From: Takakia lepidozioides
Taxonomy: Eukaryota; Plantae; Bryophyta
NCBI GenBank assembly: GCA_030704615.1
Contig: CM060733.1
Location: 9,796,001 to 9,860,000, forward strand
Direction: 5' to 3'
Length of the DNA stretch: 64,000 nt
The notes beneath the pieces were generated by a model. That model searched no databases. It worked only from the letters and a program-made list of their open reading frames with translations, and was not told the DNA's origin. Of this stretch, positions 1 to 13,598 are shown in pieces. The first letter of the stretch is position 1. Every line of letters starts with the position of its first letter. The position numbers and the translations under genes are program-made.

Positions 1-678
1 TCCCTTGTCTCCAGAAGCGCAAAGGAGCCCAGCCCGCGCACACATGTCCACGACAAAGCCTAACAAATCTACTCTCTCGGAATTGTAGCACCCGTCAACT
101 GAGAAGCAACCTTGTCCAGCATGTGCTACCACTGCCCTCGCCCACGCCCCTTCCCACTTAGTCACCCCCTCTTCATGTAAGCCTCTACCTTCACCCCATT
201 CCCTTCTTGGTGTTCTCTCCCTCCTCAACCTAGCAGAATAGGTGTAAAATTCTGTGTCTTAAATCTGAGGCCAACTCAACAAGCAAAGTCTTACCATCTA
301 TAGCGGTCCCTGACAATCTCGTCGACTTAGCTTTAGAAATGTCTGTTGGTACCCTCTCTCCAGAAACGCCAACTTCCCTTGCCCTTATCCTCCTTTCCGA
401 GTTCTTCCTCCAACTCACGGAGGCACCCACGAAAATCTATACAGACTCAGTATCCTCGGCTCGTTTCTTGCCCCTTCCCCATGTCTGCCACCATCACCAA
501 CCGCTCAACCCTTGCACCCAAGTCCTGTTCATACAGCTTAGTAACCCCGCACCCGTAGCACCTGTCAACTACAAATGGGTCTCATCCCCTCTTCCCTCCG
601 ACAAAAGAACTAAGTTCCAATACTCTCACACCAGGCCATCAATTGAGAAATACCCTCTCAGCCTGTCTATACCTCAAG

Positions 679-3600
679 ATGCAGGTTAGTATTCACTCGT
701 GGAACATTAGGGGGATTGGCTCTGACCAGGCAAACACAAAAAAAATCAAGCTACACGCCTGGTTGGCACCACTCCAACGAACGGAGACTATCGTGTTCAT
801 CCAAGAACACAAGCTCTGCCAGCAAAAAATCTCTAACCTCTCTGACCAACTCTGACCAGCATCTGCTGCCCTCTGGAAACCTTCCCATGCCGGCTCAAGG
901 GGGGGGGGGGTACTGCCATCCTCCTTGCACCCTCCTTAGTTCAGTTCATCATCAGGGAGGAAGTTTGGGAGCCAGGTTGAGTCCAATTCTGCTCTCTCAA
1001 ACTTCCCAACCAACCTGACCCTCTTGGCTTTGTTAACATTTACGCTCCGAACTCCTACGTAGAACGTGCTGAACTCTGGGCTCTCATCAACCATAAAATG
1101 TCCTCGCAACCAACAGCCCACTCCTGGATTCTGGCAGGAGATTTCAATATGGTAGACATCAACCAAGATAGACGAGGTTTGGCATCTCATCATCTTAACC
1201 CTGATGAGGAGGTCTCTTGGCTCTCTCTCATCCAAACACATAGCCTTTCGGAAATTGACTCAAATCCTAGCCCCCCGAGAAGGAATAACCCTTTCTTCAA
1301 TTGGACAAACAACCGCACCCTCCAAGACCTCTGCATGGCCAGATTGGATAGAATATATATCTCAATCTCAATCTCTAATGGAGCAAGCTGTCACCCGCAA
1401 GAACCCATTGCTCATGGGCTCGATCATGCCATTGTTTCAGCCTCTCTCTCCATGCCCTGCAAAAGTAGGAGAGGTAGAGGTATCTATAAGCTCAACACTT
1501 CACATCTCCGCATCCCCTCTTTCAAGTTAGGCCTGGAACTAGCATGGAAACAGACAGCCAACGACATATCTTGCCCTATTACCAAATTTACCCTCAAGCT
1601 TCAAGCAGCAGGTAAGGCAAGCCAAGATATGAGTAAAGATATATCTGTTGCCCAGAAGGAACGCATTCAGGCCCTCAAAAAATGCCTGAATGTATGTTAG
1701 AAACAAATAGAAAACAACACATGCGATGACCATACCTTCCAAACCTACCTGGAAGCCCGCCAAAACCTTGACATGTTCCATCTCAAGCAAGAGCAAAAAA
1801 TGCGTATGCAAGCAGGCATCAACTGGTCTGCAAAAGGTGAAAAGATGTCTAAATACTTCTTCGAGAAAGTCAAACTTAAAAGATCTCTCCAGAGGGTTCA
1901 CGAGCTCTACTTGGACAACCAGGGCACTAAATCCACCGACCCTAAGATTATGAGTGAGGCAGCGTTCAACCACTTTGCCAAACTCTTCCAAGCGGATCCG
2001 AAGGAACCCCAGCATCGTGATTATTTGGATGAAGTGCTCTCGGCTGTGCCCTGTAAACTTCAGCCTCACCTGTCTCAAGATCTGGAAGCAAACTTCACTC
2101 TTCTTGAGCTCGAGAAGGCCTTAGACAAAATGAATAACAAAAAGGCTCCAGGTATTGACGGTATGCCAGTGGAGTTCTACAAGGCAATGTGGCCTCACAT
2201 TTCCCAGGACTTCTGCTCTTTGACCAATAGGATTAAATCCGACGGGATCATGCCTTCCTCTATGGCCCAAGGGGTAATAACTCTGTTGTTCAAAAAGGGA
2301 GACAGGGCAGACATTAACAACTATAGACCAATCACTCTTTTAAATGTGGCCTATAAAATAATAGCTAAGGCTCTAGCACTCCGTCTGCAGCCTCTCCTTC
2401 CAGCACTGATTAGAACGGGTCAGACAGGTTTCATTAAGGGGAGATACATCCTAGATAATGTACTGCTGGCTCATGAAGCTGGTTACTTTGCAACGGCATC
2501 AGGACAGGCTCTGGCACTCTAGTTATTGGATTTTGAAAAGGCATTCGATAAAGTAGATTGGGGCTTTCTTCTTGACATTCTGGCTAAGGTTGGGATGCCC
2601 CAGGCATTCCGTAATTGGGTCATGATTCTACTGCAACACTCAACCAGCAGGGTAATAGTTAACGGTCATCTCTCCAAGCCCTTTCAGCTTTGCCGATCAG
2701 TGAGACAAGGTTGTCCACTTGCACCATTCATGTTCCTCTTCGTAGCAGACGCCCTGGGTTACCTGTTTGATAGAAACTTGTCCATTCAAGGGTTGCACAT
2801 ACGGAACCCCGTGGCACAAATCTCAATCCAAGTCAAGGACTCAATGTTTGTTGACGACACCTTCCTGCTATCGGATGCCACTCCATCTACACTTAAGGCT
2901 GCAGAAGAAACACTGGGGCAATTTTGCAAAGTTTCTGGCTTCAAAGTGAATTGGTCTAAGACCAAAGCCCTTCTGGTTGGGGATATATCCAAATCCACCA
3001 TAGGCTCGGTACCCACATGGGGAATGACTCTGGACTGTTCTGGCTGAAGGAGGGTGAACCCACAACTCTCTTGGGCCACACTTTCGGAATCAACCTCACA
3101 GACAAGCAGAGAATGGGCCCTATGCTGACAGCTCTTAAGAGACAGCTGGCATACTGGGGCTCACGTTTTCTAACCATAACAGGTAGGGCTCTCATCGCAA
3201 ATCAGATCCTCCAGGCAGGGATCTGGTATTTCGTAGCCATTTGGAAGCCTGACCCTGATTTTCTAGGAGAGGTTAAGAGATGCATCCAGAACTTCATTTG
3301 GGGTGCCCAAATGACCACCCAGAACAAGAGGCCACAGGTCTCATGGAAGCAAATCTGCCTTCCAAAGAAAAAAGGAGGACTGGGTGTGCTCGATCCAGCA
3401 ACTCAAATCCTGGCACTCTTGGGAAAATGGTTACCAAGGTTCCTAGGGCCGGAGGGGGGTTGGTGGAAATTACTGGTTGGACAGGCTATCTCACTCAGCT
3501 CCCCACTAAGTCTCACCCAATGGAGACCCTCTATGAGGTGGATAACTCAAGGGTTTATACACAAATCCATTGGTTCGCCCCTTTGGGTATCAATCTGGGA

Positions 3601-4951
3601 AGCATGGAATAAATTTAGACCCTTCCTACTCAAATCAGAACCTGCATCTTTCCAAGAGACAATGAGGCAACACCTCTTTCTCAATGAGGCTACTCCATCC
3701 CCCTTGTAGCGCACTCAGGCCAGGAGGTGGGCAAAGTGGGAAACTAGAGGATACTCTCAGATTGCCCACCTGTGGGAAAGCTCCATTGAATCCCTTCAAG
3801 CGGTCCTGGGTACAAGAAGGCTGGCATCCGACATCGACTCCATTGTCACGAATATCCCAGACTCCTGGAAATTGATCATGCGAAATGGTCAACCCCTGCA
3901 TTCTCCTCATAACTGGGTTGTGGCTTCTGGAAAACCCTACTCGATAATGTACATTACAGAGGTGCAACATGGCATACTAACTGGCTATGCATTCAAAGCG
4001 GATACCTTTTCTGGGTTCTTGACACTCTTCTCAAACACTACCCAAAGTCTCTGTTGCATAGATGCCTTGCCGGCAAGAATCTGCCTGTGGTCCTCCCCTG
4101 CCAAATATTTCAACCCTTCTGCCCCAGTGGGAACACCCTTTTTTCCTTGGCTTCTCTTTGCCTCCTTTGCCTGGATTGGTGGCATGCCTCTCCAGGATCT
4201 GCAAATAGACCCTGGAGAGTGGCAGTGGAAATTTGGGGACACCAAAATAGGATTCTTCTCCTACTCGGCCAAGAAGGCATATAGGGCCCTTGCAAATGCC
4301 AAATCCCTTCCGGGCAAATGGAATGCAAGATGGCAGCATGAATGCTTCCACGAGGAAAAATGGGGAGACATCTGGAAACTTATTTGGGAAAAATCTAAGC
4401 CCGCAAAAATTAGCGCCTTCTTCTGGCAGGTAGCAAATAGGGTGCTCAAGGTCGGGCACTTTCTCAATTTCCCGGAGGCCCTGCTTTGCTCATGTTGTCA
4501 ATCAGGGACCATCGAGACACTGGAACACTGCCTCATTCATTGTCAGGCACCCCGTCTGTTATGGCCATTTGTTGACTCGTATAGTGCCTCTTGGGAAGTG
4601 TTCCCCTCCAACCAGGTGATAATACTTCTCAACTATGACAGGACTACCAAATCCATAGCAAATGACTGTCCGGTTTATGAAGCCTTGAGGGGATACACTC
4701 TATGGCATCTATGGAAAGCCAGATGTTCCTGGTCCTTGACAAACATATTTTTTGATCTTACCATAGCAGCTAAACTTGCTTGGGAAAAAGTGTGTGCAGA
4801 GCGGCATCATGCCCTCATCAGTTCCTTCAGGAGCACTTGGGGCCGGAACGACGTCATCTGCACATGCACGGGAGCGGGAGATTGTGTCTGGCCTGGAGAA
4901 ATCCCCCCTCAATGGCAACACCACAGGGCCCTCCTCTTCCGCTTCTCCTGA
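679..4951 (+). pseudogene. LINE ORF2 (endonuclease-reverse transcriptase), disrupted
   Basis: ATG at 679; fragments 643-855, 1098-1700, 1773-2522, 2526-3047, 3017-3709, 3872-4951 separated by in-frame stops (853, 1698, 2520) and frameshifts. Confidence 0.9.
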
Positions 4952-5409
4952 GTTTGATAAGGATATCAACTGGAAGCATGTGAAGACCGGCAAAAGGACC
5001 AAGCTGCTCTATAGATAGATCTCCCCTCCTCTCCACTTTTGCACTTAGATTTTCTTTGCTCTCTACAATGGTTCTTTGCAAAGGAAATCCTCATCATGGA
5101 CAAATTGATCCCCCTTGCTTATCTACTATGCACTAAGTAGCACCAGAGCATCTTCAAGGCTACAAGCATCGGGCTGGTCCCTCGTCATTTCTGCTTTCTC
5201 GAAACTAGTTTCAGTCATCGGTTTGGGTAATCGGTCCTGCAGAAAGGTTCTGCCGTACAGTTAAAGTTCATCGGGTAATCCGTCACGCCCTGTCGTGTGT
5301 TAAGCCTTATGGCAGCCTTCGGGCATAAAAGGGTTTTAATTTTTTTTCCCTTCAATAATTCAAATAAAGCTCTGAGGCTAAGCCCTCTTCTCGTAAAAAA
5401 AAAAAAAAA
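679..5409 (+). mobile_element. L1-clade non-LTR retrotransposon (LINE), degenerate ORF2 + 3' UTR + poly(A); 5' part probably extends upstream of 679
   Basis: APE endonuclease motifs (SWNIRG, FIQEHK, ILAGDFN, ARLDRIY, DH), RT motifs (KAPGIDG, NYRPITLLN, DFEKAFDKV, VRQGCPLAP, FVDD), C-terminal zinc-finger-like CxCC...ETLEHCLIHC; A15 tail at 5395-5409. Confidence 0.95.
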
Positions 5410-6208
5410 CTCGCTTGGAATTATGCTAAACTATGACAAATCCTCAAAAAGCCGAGCCAGTGATTGTCCAGTCTTCGACACTCTTAGATGTGTCACCCTC
5501 TGGCACTTGTGGAAAGCGAGATGTAAACGAACCTTCTCTGGAACCACCTGCTCAGTATCAGCACTTCTTTCAGCAATATACTATGACTTACAAATTGAAT
5601 CCAGGAGAGCCTGGATCAAACTAGCAGCTGACATGAAAAAGAAACCACGGATTGCAGGCCAACTGCACTCTGCCTTCATCTCTACCTGGGCACATCAAGG
5701 CATTATCTGCAGAAGCGTCTCCAGCGATCACTGCGAATGGAACAAGCTGCCTCCGCCTAGCTGGAGCAACATCAATACCACCATCCACCGCCTCGCTGGA
5801 GTTTGACAGGGACATAAACTGGAAGCACGTCAAGGAGAAATCCAAACAGTCGAGACTCCACTTTCGCTGATGTTTCGTAAATCTGAAGTATGGCCGAGCT
5901 GTAATCACTCAATCGCCTCTAGGATACACCCACGTTCTGTGATGCAGCTACTCAACAATAAATCCCCAGGCGTTTTGCCCTGGGGATGCTTTGATATTTA
6001 CAAAGCAATTACTAGCAAGATTTTTACTCAATCAGAGTAGTATGGCTCGCTTATACTCGACCAAGAGTAGGAAAGTTCGTATTTCACTGACATCGGTGTG
6101 TGTGCCTTATGGTGTTCCGGAGGGTTTAATTTTTTCCCTCTAAATAATTCCAAATAAAGTAATAACAGGGCCACTGCCCCCTGTTAAATAAATAAATAAA
6201 TAAATAAA
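5410..6208 (+). mobile_element. 3' fragment of a second, related LINE with (TAAA)n tail
   Basis: Translation LNYD...DCPVFDTLRCVTLWHLWKARC...STW aligns with the C-terminus of the first LINE ORF2; 3' UTR motifs are shared; (TAAA)n at about 6185-6208. Confidence 0.88.
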
Positions 6209-7365
6209 CACTTCAAATTCTTTTTTAGTGTGACTTATGGTTTTTTATATTCCCTTGAACATCTCATTGAAGTTCTACGTGTATAAATTGTTCTCAACGA
6301 TTTGTGTGTTGCCATTATTCAGAATGATACTACCAAAGTGAACAAGAAGATGAGAGATTATAGATTTCGAAAACGTGATCACATATCCAAGGTTGAAACT
6401 AGTAGTGATGATTGGGTATAAGAAAAGAGCAAAGTGAACCATTGAACCACCAATAAAGCTAGAAAAACAATTGCATCATTTTGATCTCTGAATAGTGTTC
6501 TATTTGTGCATTCCAAAAATGTTTTATATCCATAAATATATCAAACGTAGAAGAAAATAGTGCAAATGATTGTGTGCACATTCAGTCTCCGATGCAATGC
6601 AAGACAAACGCCTATAACCACCTATATTGTAAGCATAGACAGACCCCCACCACCCAACAAGAACCCAGAGATGCGGCTAAGTCCTGGAGACCAACACCAC
6701 CAATCACGGAGCCCTACATCCCCCCTTTGGGCTTTTCGTTTGAAGCGCAACACTTTGCTGGAACACCTTGTTTTATGTTGTATTTCTCCACTTGTTGGTC
6801 CATAGAATGTTCCACTTTTATGTCTGTCCTAGAATAAAAACTCAGATGTGTCATCCTATATTAATGGGACACTTGTGTCATAGCTTATATGAGATAATTT
6901 TTTGGGTTGCCCTCATCTTGTTTTAAAGTATCCACGGTGTTCAACCTCGCGTCTCTAGCATAATCCGTATTAGGCAAAAAATGCCAGATTTTGCCACATT
7001 CATCCAATCTTGACATGGAAAATCATGCAAATTTTCCATGAATTTGCATGTTTTTTCAATGACATCCAAATTTGATGTAGCTTGAAAGGGTATGGTAGTC
7101 CTTTGAATCATATTAAAAGAAAGCAAGGAAAAATGTGTCATTTGTCGAACTACTAAGGGTGGGAAAAGCTGACGTTTCACCATGGAAAAATCTCAAAACA
7201 CTCAACAGATCAAGTTTTTCTCACTCGTTAAAACTTACTTATACACTAAATCTAGTGCATTCCTTTGGCCCGGGGCATGGTTTGTAATACAATCATTATC
7301 TTGTCAGAGTACATCTACAATCCAAAACGTTCAGTTTTCACCTGAGGTAAAGTCTTTGCAACTTA

Positions 7366-7791
7366 GGGCGGTACCACACTAGCGGCAAGAGGGGCAACGG
7401 CACTCAATTTCGGACCCTACTATTGGTTTAAGGGAGGACAGAGTGCCGCTCTGCCTACCACACTAGCGGCTGCTCCGGCGGAGAGGCGTTGCCATGCCTA
7501 CATGTCACGTTACCGTGAAATAGGGAATTCCAGGCAGTGCCCCCTTGGAATCCACAATTTTAGGAAGACATTTTGTCGTGACTTGATTCTCCCACCATCA
7601 CGAAGCTTCTCTCCGACTCCGTCGTGCGATGGTCTCTCCTACCGATCTTTTTTAGCCGCTGGGCTTCTGCTATAGTGTGGTAGCCGATTCATTGCCGCTT
7701 GGTGACATAGACCTATATTGTCCAACAAATCCTAGCCTACAACGTCCGCGTCGGTGCTGTTGGTGTGCCGCTATGTAGTGTGGTAGGACCC
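7366..7791. mobile_element. Tourist/PIF-Harbinger-like MITE
   Basis: Imperfect TIRs GGGnnnTACCACACTA...GCGGCA; TTA on both sides (7363-7365, 7792-7794); internal copy of the TIR core near 7455. Confidence 0.7.
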
Positions 7792-8866
7792 TTATATCTT
7801 CCTTGGAAAGCCATAGGCCTTATTAATCAAAATGGAGGAATCATATGAGGAGTTGAAGGATTGAATTGAACCCACGTCACAAAGGCTACTTGCTCGAGTG
7901 AAAAGCGAAGAAATAAGAAAGAAGAAGAAAGAGAGAGTGCGACAAGCGAGGATGCGGCCTCGGACGCGTGAGCTCGCAGAGTGCCCACGACGGATAAGGC
8001 GCTGTGCTCGCTGCTGCCTGCTCACCGCGCCTTTCTTCCGTGTCCGACCTGTTCTTGCACAGGTATACTTCTAGGTGAAGGACATCTGCTGCTTGAGGAA
8101 GAGAGTTGGCCGGATCCCGTGCGATCTGCCTCTTCTGCTGGTGTGTGTGTCTGGATCCTCAGTCTAGAAGTAGGTTGGGAATTTTAGGTTACAGCGTGGT
8201 AAACTGGATACTGAGGCTGCTATTCGGATTTGTACACTGGAGTTTTGCGTGCTGAAATCTGTGCGAGAAGTTTAGGTTGGTGGATGTGCAGCTTACACAA
8301 CTCAGAAGTATCCTGAGCATCGAGTTGGATTGGAGGCAGGATCATCGTTGCAGGTTATATTCGCAGCTGAAGAGACTCTGGTAATGAAATCTGTGACACA
8401 TCTGCAAGCCTATTAAGCTGTATGGGATGGGTTGTTTCTTACGCGATGTCTACGGCAGTATCGGAGTGCTAAAATGTGACAGGTTTGTCGGAAGTGCTGC
8501 AGCTTGAAGTGGAGACGCACTGAGATGTTTCGGCTGATTGCAAGGGGGTGCAGGGGACAACCCCCATTGTTAAGACATCCTATTTGTTTGTTACAACACC
8601 CTGTAATTACTAGCACGAGGAGACAATGTTTACTTCCGGACGCTCCAGAGGACCCTTGTGTGGGAGATAAGAAGGCTGATGCGGAGTTTCAGCTATTGCA
8701 TGAGGAAAAATCTTAGTTTCATAGCTTCGGGGTTAGGTCCGTGGCTGTCGCGGTTCTCATATGACGGGCATCTAGACCTACAGTGACACGATGATTTGTA
8801 GCTGCGACCTTGTTCAATCGAGTGTATAATCTTTACAGACGTTTGGTCTTTGAGGAAGGGGGAAGG

Positions 8867-9295
8867 ATGAGGCGCATCTCAAGCTTGAATGTGCAGCAAC
8901 GGTCTCCACTTCGAGACCGAGAAATGGGGACTACCAGGATTTCCCTAGACTATGAGCGGTCAGCCACAGACCACTATCAATTCTATTCCGTACTGAAATC
9001 GGCCTCCATGTCAACATTTCTTGCATTTTGTGTGATGATTGTAATTGCCATATCGTCCGAGGTTGCATTTGAGGCAAGTGTGCAGCTTACGGAGGAGGGA
9101 AGCTCCGGGCTCAGTCCTCTATGGGTGAGACTCCCAATCGACAGGCCTGGTGAAGGATTCGTGTCTATTCCCCTTCAGCTTTTCAGGACGACTTTGATTG
9201 ATCGGGTTGCGATGCCCTTGTTATTTGCAGTAATGGTCATTCTGGCTTCTGCTCTCTTTGTCCAAAGTATGGACCTAGGGTCGCACAGTTCATGA
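8867..9295 (+). CDS. Uncharacterised small membrane protein (~142 aa, two hydrophobic segments)
   Basis: ORF from ATG 8867; hydrophobic stretches FLAFCVMIVIAISS and VAMPLLFAVMVILASALFV; probable 5' UTR intron (donor near 8063). Confidence 0.6.
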   Translation: MRRISSLNVQQRSPLRDREMGTTRISLDYERSATDHYQFYSVLKSASMSTFLAFCVMIVIAISSEVAFEASVQLTEEGSSGLSPLWVRLPIDRPGEGFVSIPLQLFRTTLIDRVAMPLLFAVMVILASALFVQSMDLGSHSS

Positions 9296-10382
9296 TGCAT
9301 AGATGTCTCTACACAATGTTTTGAACAATAGATCTGGGACCTTAGACTTGCGAAGATTTTGCAAAGTCGAACTAGTCAGACTTTGCAGAATTCTCAAGGA
9401 TGGATCATGGACAGTTCACTCTCTGTGTGATCTAGTGACAAGTGATCCTCTGTATCATAGTAACCACCTGTATACAGCCTACTCTGGACTGGGTGATCTT
9501 CTGTGCAATCATTTTGTAAAACACATTGGAACATTTGACATGAAATTAGAATATTTCCAGTTTGGAAATGATGGGCATTCCTATGAGTGAAAGCATTGCT
9601 GTGATCAAATGCAAATCTTCTCAATGTATCTGTCTGCACCCCTAGTCTACCTAGTACAGTTCAATGGATTCAGCTGTTTGTGTAGATAGGAACTCTATTT
9701 CCAAGCATGCATAGTGTCTACGACCTTACACAAGTTAATGAGACAACTCGTTGCAAAACAAGCAGTTTGCTGCCATGAATGCAGCACCTCAAGCTCCCCT
9801 ATCCTGTGCTTCCAGGTGCCACATCAACAGCTGTAAGTTCAGTGGAACCTACTGAGGTGAAACTTGAAACACCCACAATGCAAGTTAGAAGAACGACGAG
9901 TCTACTTGGGAAGGGCTACAAACTTCCTGTAAAGGTCGTGTGTGGGATTGGGTGAATTTCCCATAGCTCAACATGGAAGTTCTGAGTTTGTGCTCTTCAC
10001 TCGAGTTGTGACTGGCATGCCAGTTGGAAGCCATGAATGACACTCACGGAGCCCCACTGTTCAATCAAAATATGATGATGCGTGTAGACAATTTTGGCTC
10101 CTCAGTCATCTTTCCCTCTATCACTTTGGGGTATGTGAGGCTCCACAAAAATCTGGAAGGCCAAACGGAACACAATCTACAAAGATATACTGATCCTTCC
10201 CAGTTATTATTGCCACTCTAATCGTGACCCTGCACCTCCCTCCAGTCTCCCTTGCTGCTCCGTCCAATGTGGATGCCCGGTCAGTGACTACAAGGCTTGG
10301 GCAAGAAATACTTTATCAATTGATTCTCTCTCTCTGATCAAAATGTTTCTGTTATTGTTCGAAGCCTATGGAAAGACTTCAG

Positions 10383-12188
10383 CTAACTACAGACATAATT
10401 GTTAACATACCACTTGTAGGTCTCAACCAACCCTTCTCGCAGGGGAACCTTTGCCTTCCACCCCATATCTGCAAGCTTCGAACTGTCCATGAGCTTGCGA
10501 GGGGTGCCATCTGGCTTCGTTGAATCCCACTTCAGTTGACCTTCAAACCCCACAACTTCCTTCACCATTTCTGCTAGTTCTTTGATTGTGACCTCCTTTC
10601 CGCTGCCGATGTTCACATGAGACAGGTCACTGTAATTGTCCATCAGAAAAAGTACTGCATCAGCAAGGTCATGAACATGTAAAAATTCGCGGAGCGGGGA
10701 GCCTGAGCCCCAGACAACAACCTCACTTGCACCAGTAACTTTGGCTTCATGAAATCTTCGGATCAGGGCTGGGAGCACATGGGAATTTTCTGGGTGGAAG
10801 TTGTCGTGGGGACCATACAAGTTTGTGGGCATGCCTGATATTGCATCAAACTTGTATTGCAATCTGTGTGCCTGCAGCAAGAACAGCTTAGTTCTCAGCA
10901 CTGATCAGTAGAAAAAAATATTCCAGGTACCTTTCATGCTGGAGATCCGCTTTGAAACAGGTGTCCTTATCACGTACCTTTGCGAGCATAGAAATCATGC
11001 ACAAATATGCTATGGGTTTTGGAGCTGGTCATGGGGTTTCAATCCACCTAAGTATGAAACTTCAGCTTAAATTTGCCAGTGCTCACACAGAGGCAACAAT
11101 GTCTAATCACAGGGGGCTTGAGTGATGATGACTGAGGGGCCTACATCATACTAGAAAGCATATGATCATATAGAAGGACTATGGCACTCTAAAAGAGAGA
11201 ACGTTACACTCATGATTTACACCTTGTGGCAAGCCCCAACACACATTGACAGACGAGATGTTGCCCATGAGAATAGCATTGCCATTGAAGAGATAAGAAG
11301 TTCAGATTGGGTGAGGCGTTGGGATTATTTCAGGTTAACATGCGGTTTGGGGAAGACACTAACCTGGCACATCTTGATCCCTGCGATTTTTGCCACAGCA
11401 TACCACTCGTTTGTGGGCTCCAACGGGCCTGTAAGAAGCGATTCTTCCGTGATCGGCTGTGGGGCAAACTTGGGATAAATGCAAGACGACCCAAGGAACA
11501 GGAGCTTTTTTACTCCAGACCTGTAGGCAGCGTCGATGACGTTCGTCTGGATTTGCAGATTTACTGTGATGAACTCAGCTGGGTATGTGTTGTTGGCATG
11601 AATTCCCCCGACTTTCGCTGCAGCGACGATCACATAATCCGGCTTTTCGTCCTCAAAAAAATTCTCAACGGCTCCTTGTCGGGTTAGATCCAGCTCCTTG
11701 TGGGTTTTCACCACCAGATTATTGAACCCTTCCTTCTTGAGAGCTCGTAAGATGGCTGCCCCTACGAGCCCTCCATGGCCCGCCACATATATCTTCGCTC
11801 CCTTCTCCATTACAAAGTTTTCCGTTAACTGTCCTGGCAACATCCAGCACACGGAGTTTCATACAAAAATCAAAGCCCCTTTTGCGACCTGCTGGAAATA
11901 GTTTCTTTCACGTCGTGCAAGATTTGCAGATGACAAAACGAGATGATGAGATAGAATTCGGCATGCACCCTTCAGAAACAAAAATGTAGCTTATAGTAGA
12001 ATTTTTCAACCTTCCATGCTGGGAAGATCCCAAGCAGTAAGGCGCTAAATCATCTGAATCTTTTCAATAGCAAGCTCCAGTTCCTTCCCAGATCTACATT
12101 GCCTATGCAGATTTACATGGTTCTTCAGATCTACATTGTCTGTGCACTGTGCAATGATCCCACCCACTTCAGCAGCAGAAGAACCCAT
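10383..12188 (-). CDS. GER1: GDP-L-fucose synthase (GDP-4-keto-6-deoxymannose epimerase/reductase)
   Basis: [49 protein letters not shown]; GT-AG intron 11363-10872; probable short first exon MGSSAAE from ATG 12188 (alternative start 11810). Confidence 0.93.
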
Positions 12189-13598
12189 CACTGCCTCACA
12201 GACATACCGTAGTGCCGATAGAGTTGTCCGAGAGAACACAGTCAGTCCCCACAGAGCAGCGCGCGCCTCTCCACCCACGACCTCGAGCAAGAAAGACGAG
12301 CCTTTTAGTGGGCTCTCTGTGTATTATTATGCACTCTAGCACATGACACCTGGCCCAATGGTTGGCGGCTCAAGGGAACACAGTGCGGGGTTTTAAGAGA
12401 GCCCCAATTTTAGCGGGGATCAAATAAAGCTTCTTTCGTCTTGGAGCTCGTGTGAAGTGTGAACGCAGGGTCACAGTGCTCGCGTTTTGGAGACTGGCGT
12501 CCTTCGTGGGGATCGTTGGAGGATCTGCGATCTGATGATGTGAAGCAGTTTTGAGTTCCTCGACCGTTAATTTGGTGTCTCGACATCGCTGCAGAGATGT
12601 GCACCCACATTTCTGGAAGAGTTTCGGCAACCCCACACACGAATTTCTTAGTGTGCCGCTGGGATGGCCCTTTGCATGACTTCAGCTAGTGTGAGTGGAT
12701 AGGGTCAGTCTGTTTAGAAGCTAAACAAGGAGAAAGCGATGGTGTTGGTGGCATTGGATCGAGCGGCGCAAGCACTCATAGGCTTCCCGGCTGCTAGGCT
12801 TTTCCGGTTTGCCTCCCGCAACATGTTTGCAGGTACAGAAGCAAGGAAGAGTGAATTTTTTTCTCAGAATGCTGAATTTTCACGTTATGGGCCTGTTATA
12901 TTTAGTCGTTGAAACTTCATTTGCAGCATGTCGTGTACATAGAACTTTTTGCCTTGTACTTCGAACGTGTTTTTGGCAATGTGACCGTTTTGATTCTTAC
13001 AGTGTGCTTCACAATGATTATCTAGTTGTGGGTGTGGTAGCAGTGTACCCCAACTTTTACTTTGTGTGATCTCCTACACCCTGCGCACTGTGCCCACAGC
13101 AGACAGAAATATAGAAATGCAGAAATTAACGAAGCAACTGTTCTGGCCACTGAAATATATGAAGGATCGAAAGCCCCAACGTAGATTTCCAAACACCAAA
13201 CAACCCCACAGGAACTGAAGCTCTGGTGGTGTCGCTTTAAGTTCCTTTCTACCAATGTTTGGAGATGGTGTGCCTGGTGCAACACACAAAGGGTACGACT
13301 GTCTTGATGAAGTACTGCGTGATACTATTCCCGAGCAATTCGGGTTTGGTTTCTTGCACAGGTAATGAAGACGTGATTGAATACTGATTTACGCTCTGGT
13401 ACTGACATCATACCAGAAAGAATGACCCCCATGTCAATACTAGCAATGCAGGCCCCCTTAAGGTGCGGCAGAAATTGTCGGAGAGATCAGGAGAGAGCGG
13501 GAGGGGAATCTGTTCTGTAATTTAATTTGGCATTGTACCAAATTGCTGTTGCTCATGATGGATCAGCTGTTCTCTTGTTCTTCTATGATGCAGGAGAA

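Noticed and set aside
6798-7187. Possible MITE bounded by TCCAT...ATGGA
   Set aside because: The inverted match is too weak and no TSD is identifiable.
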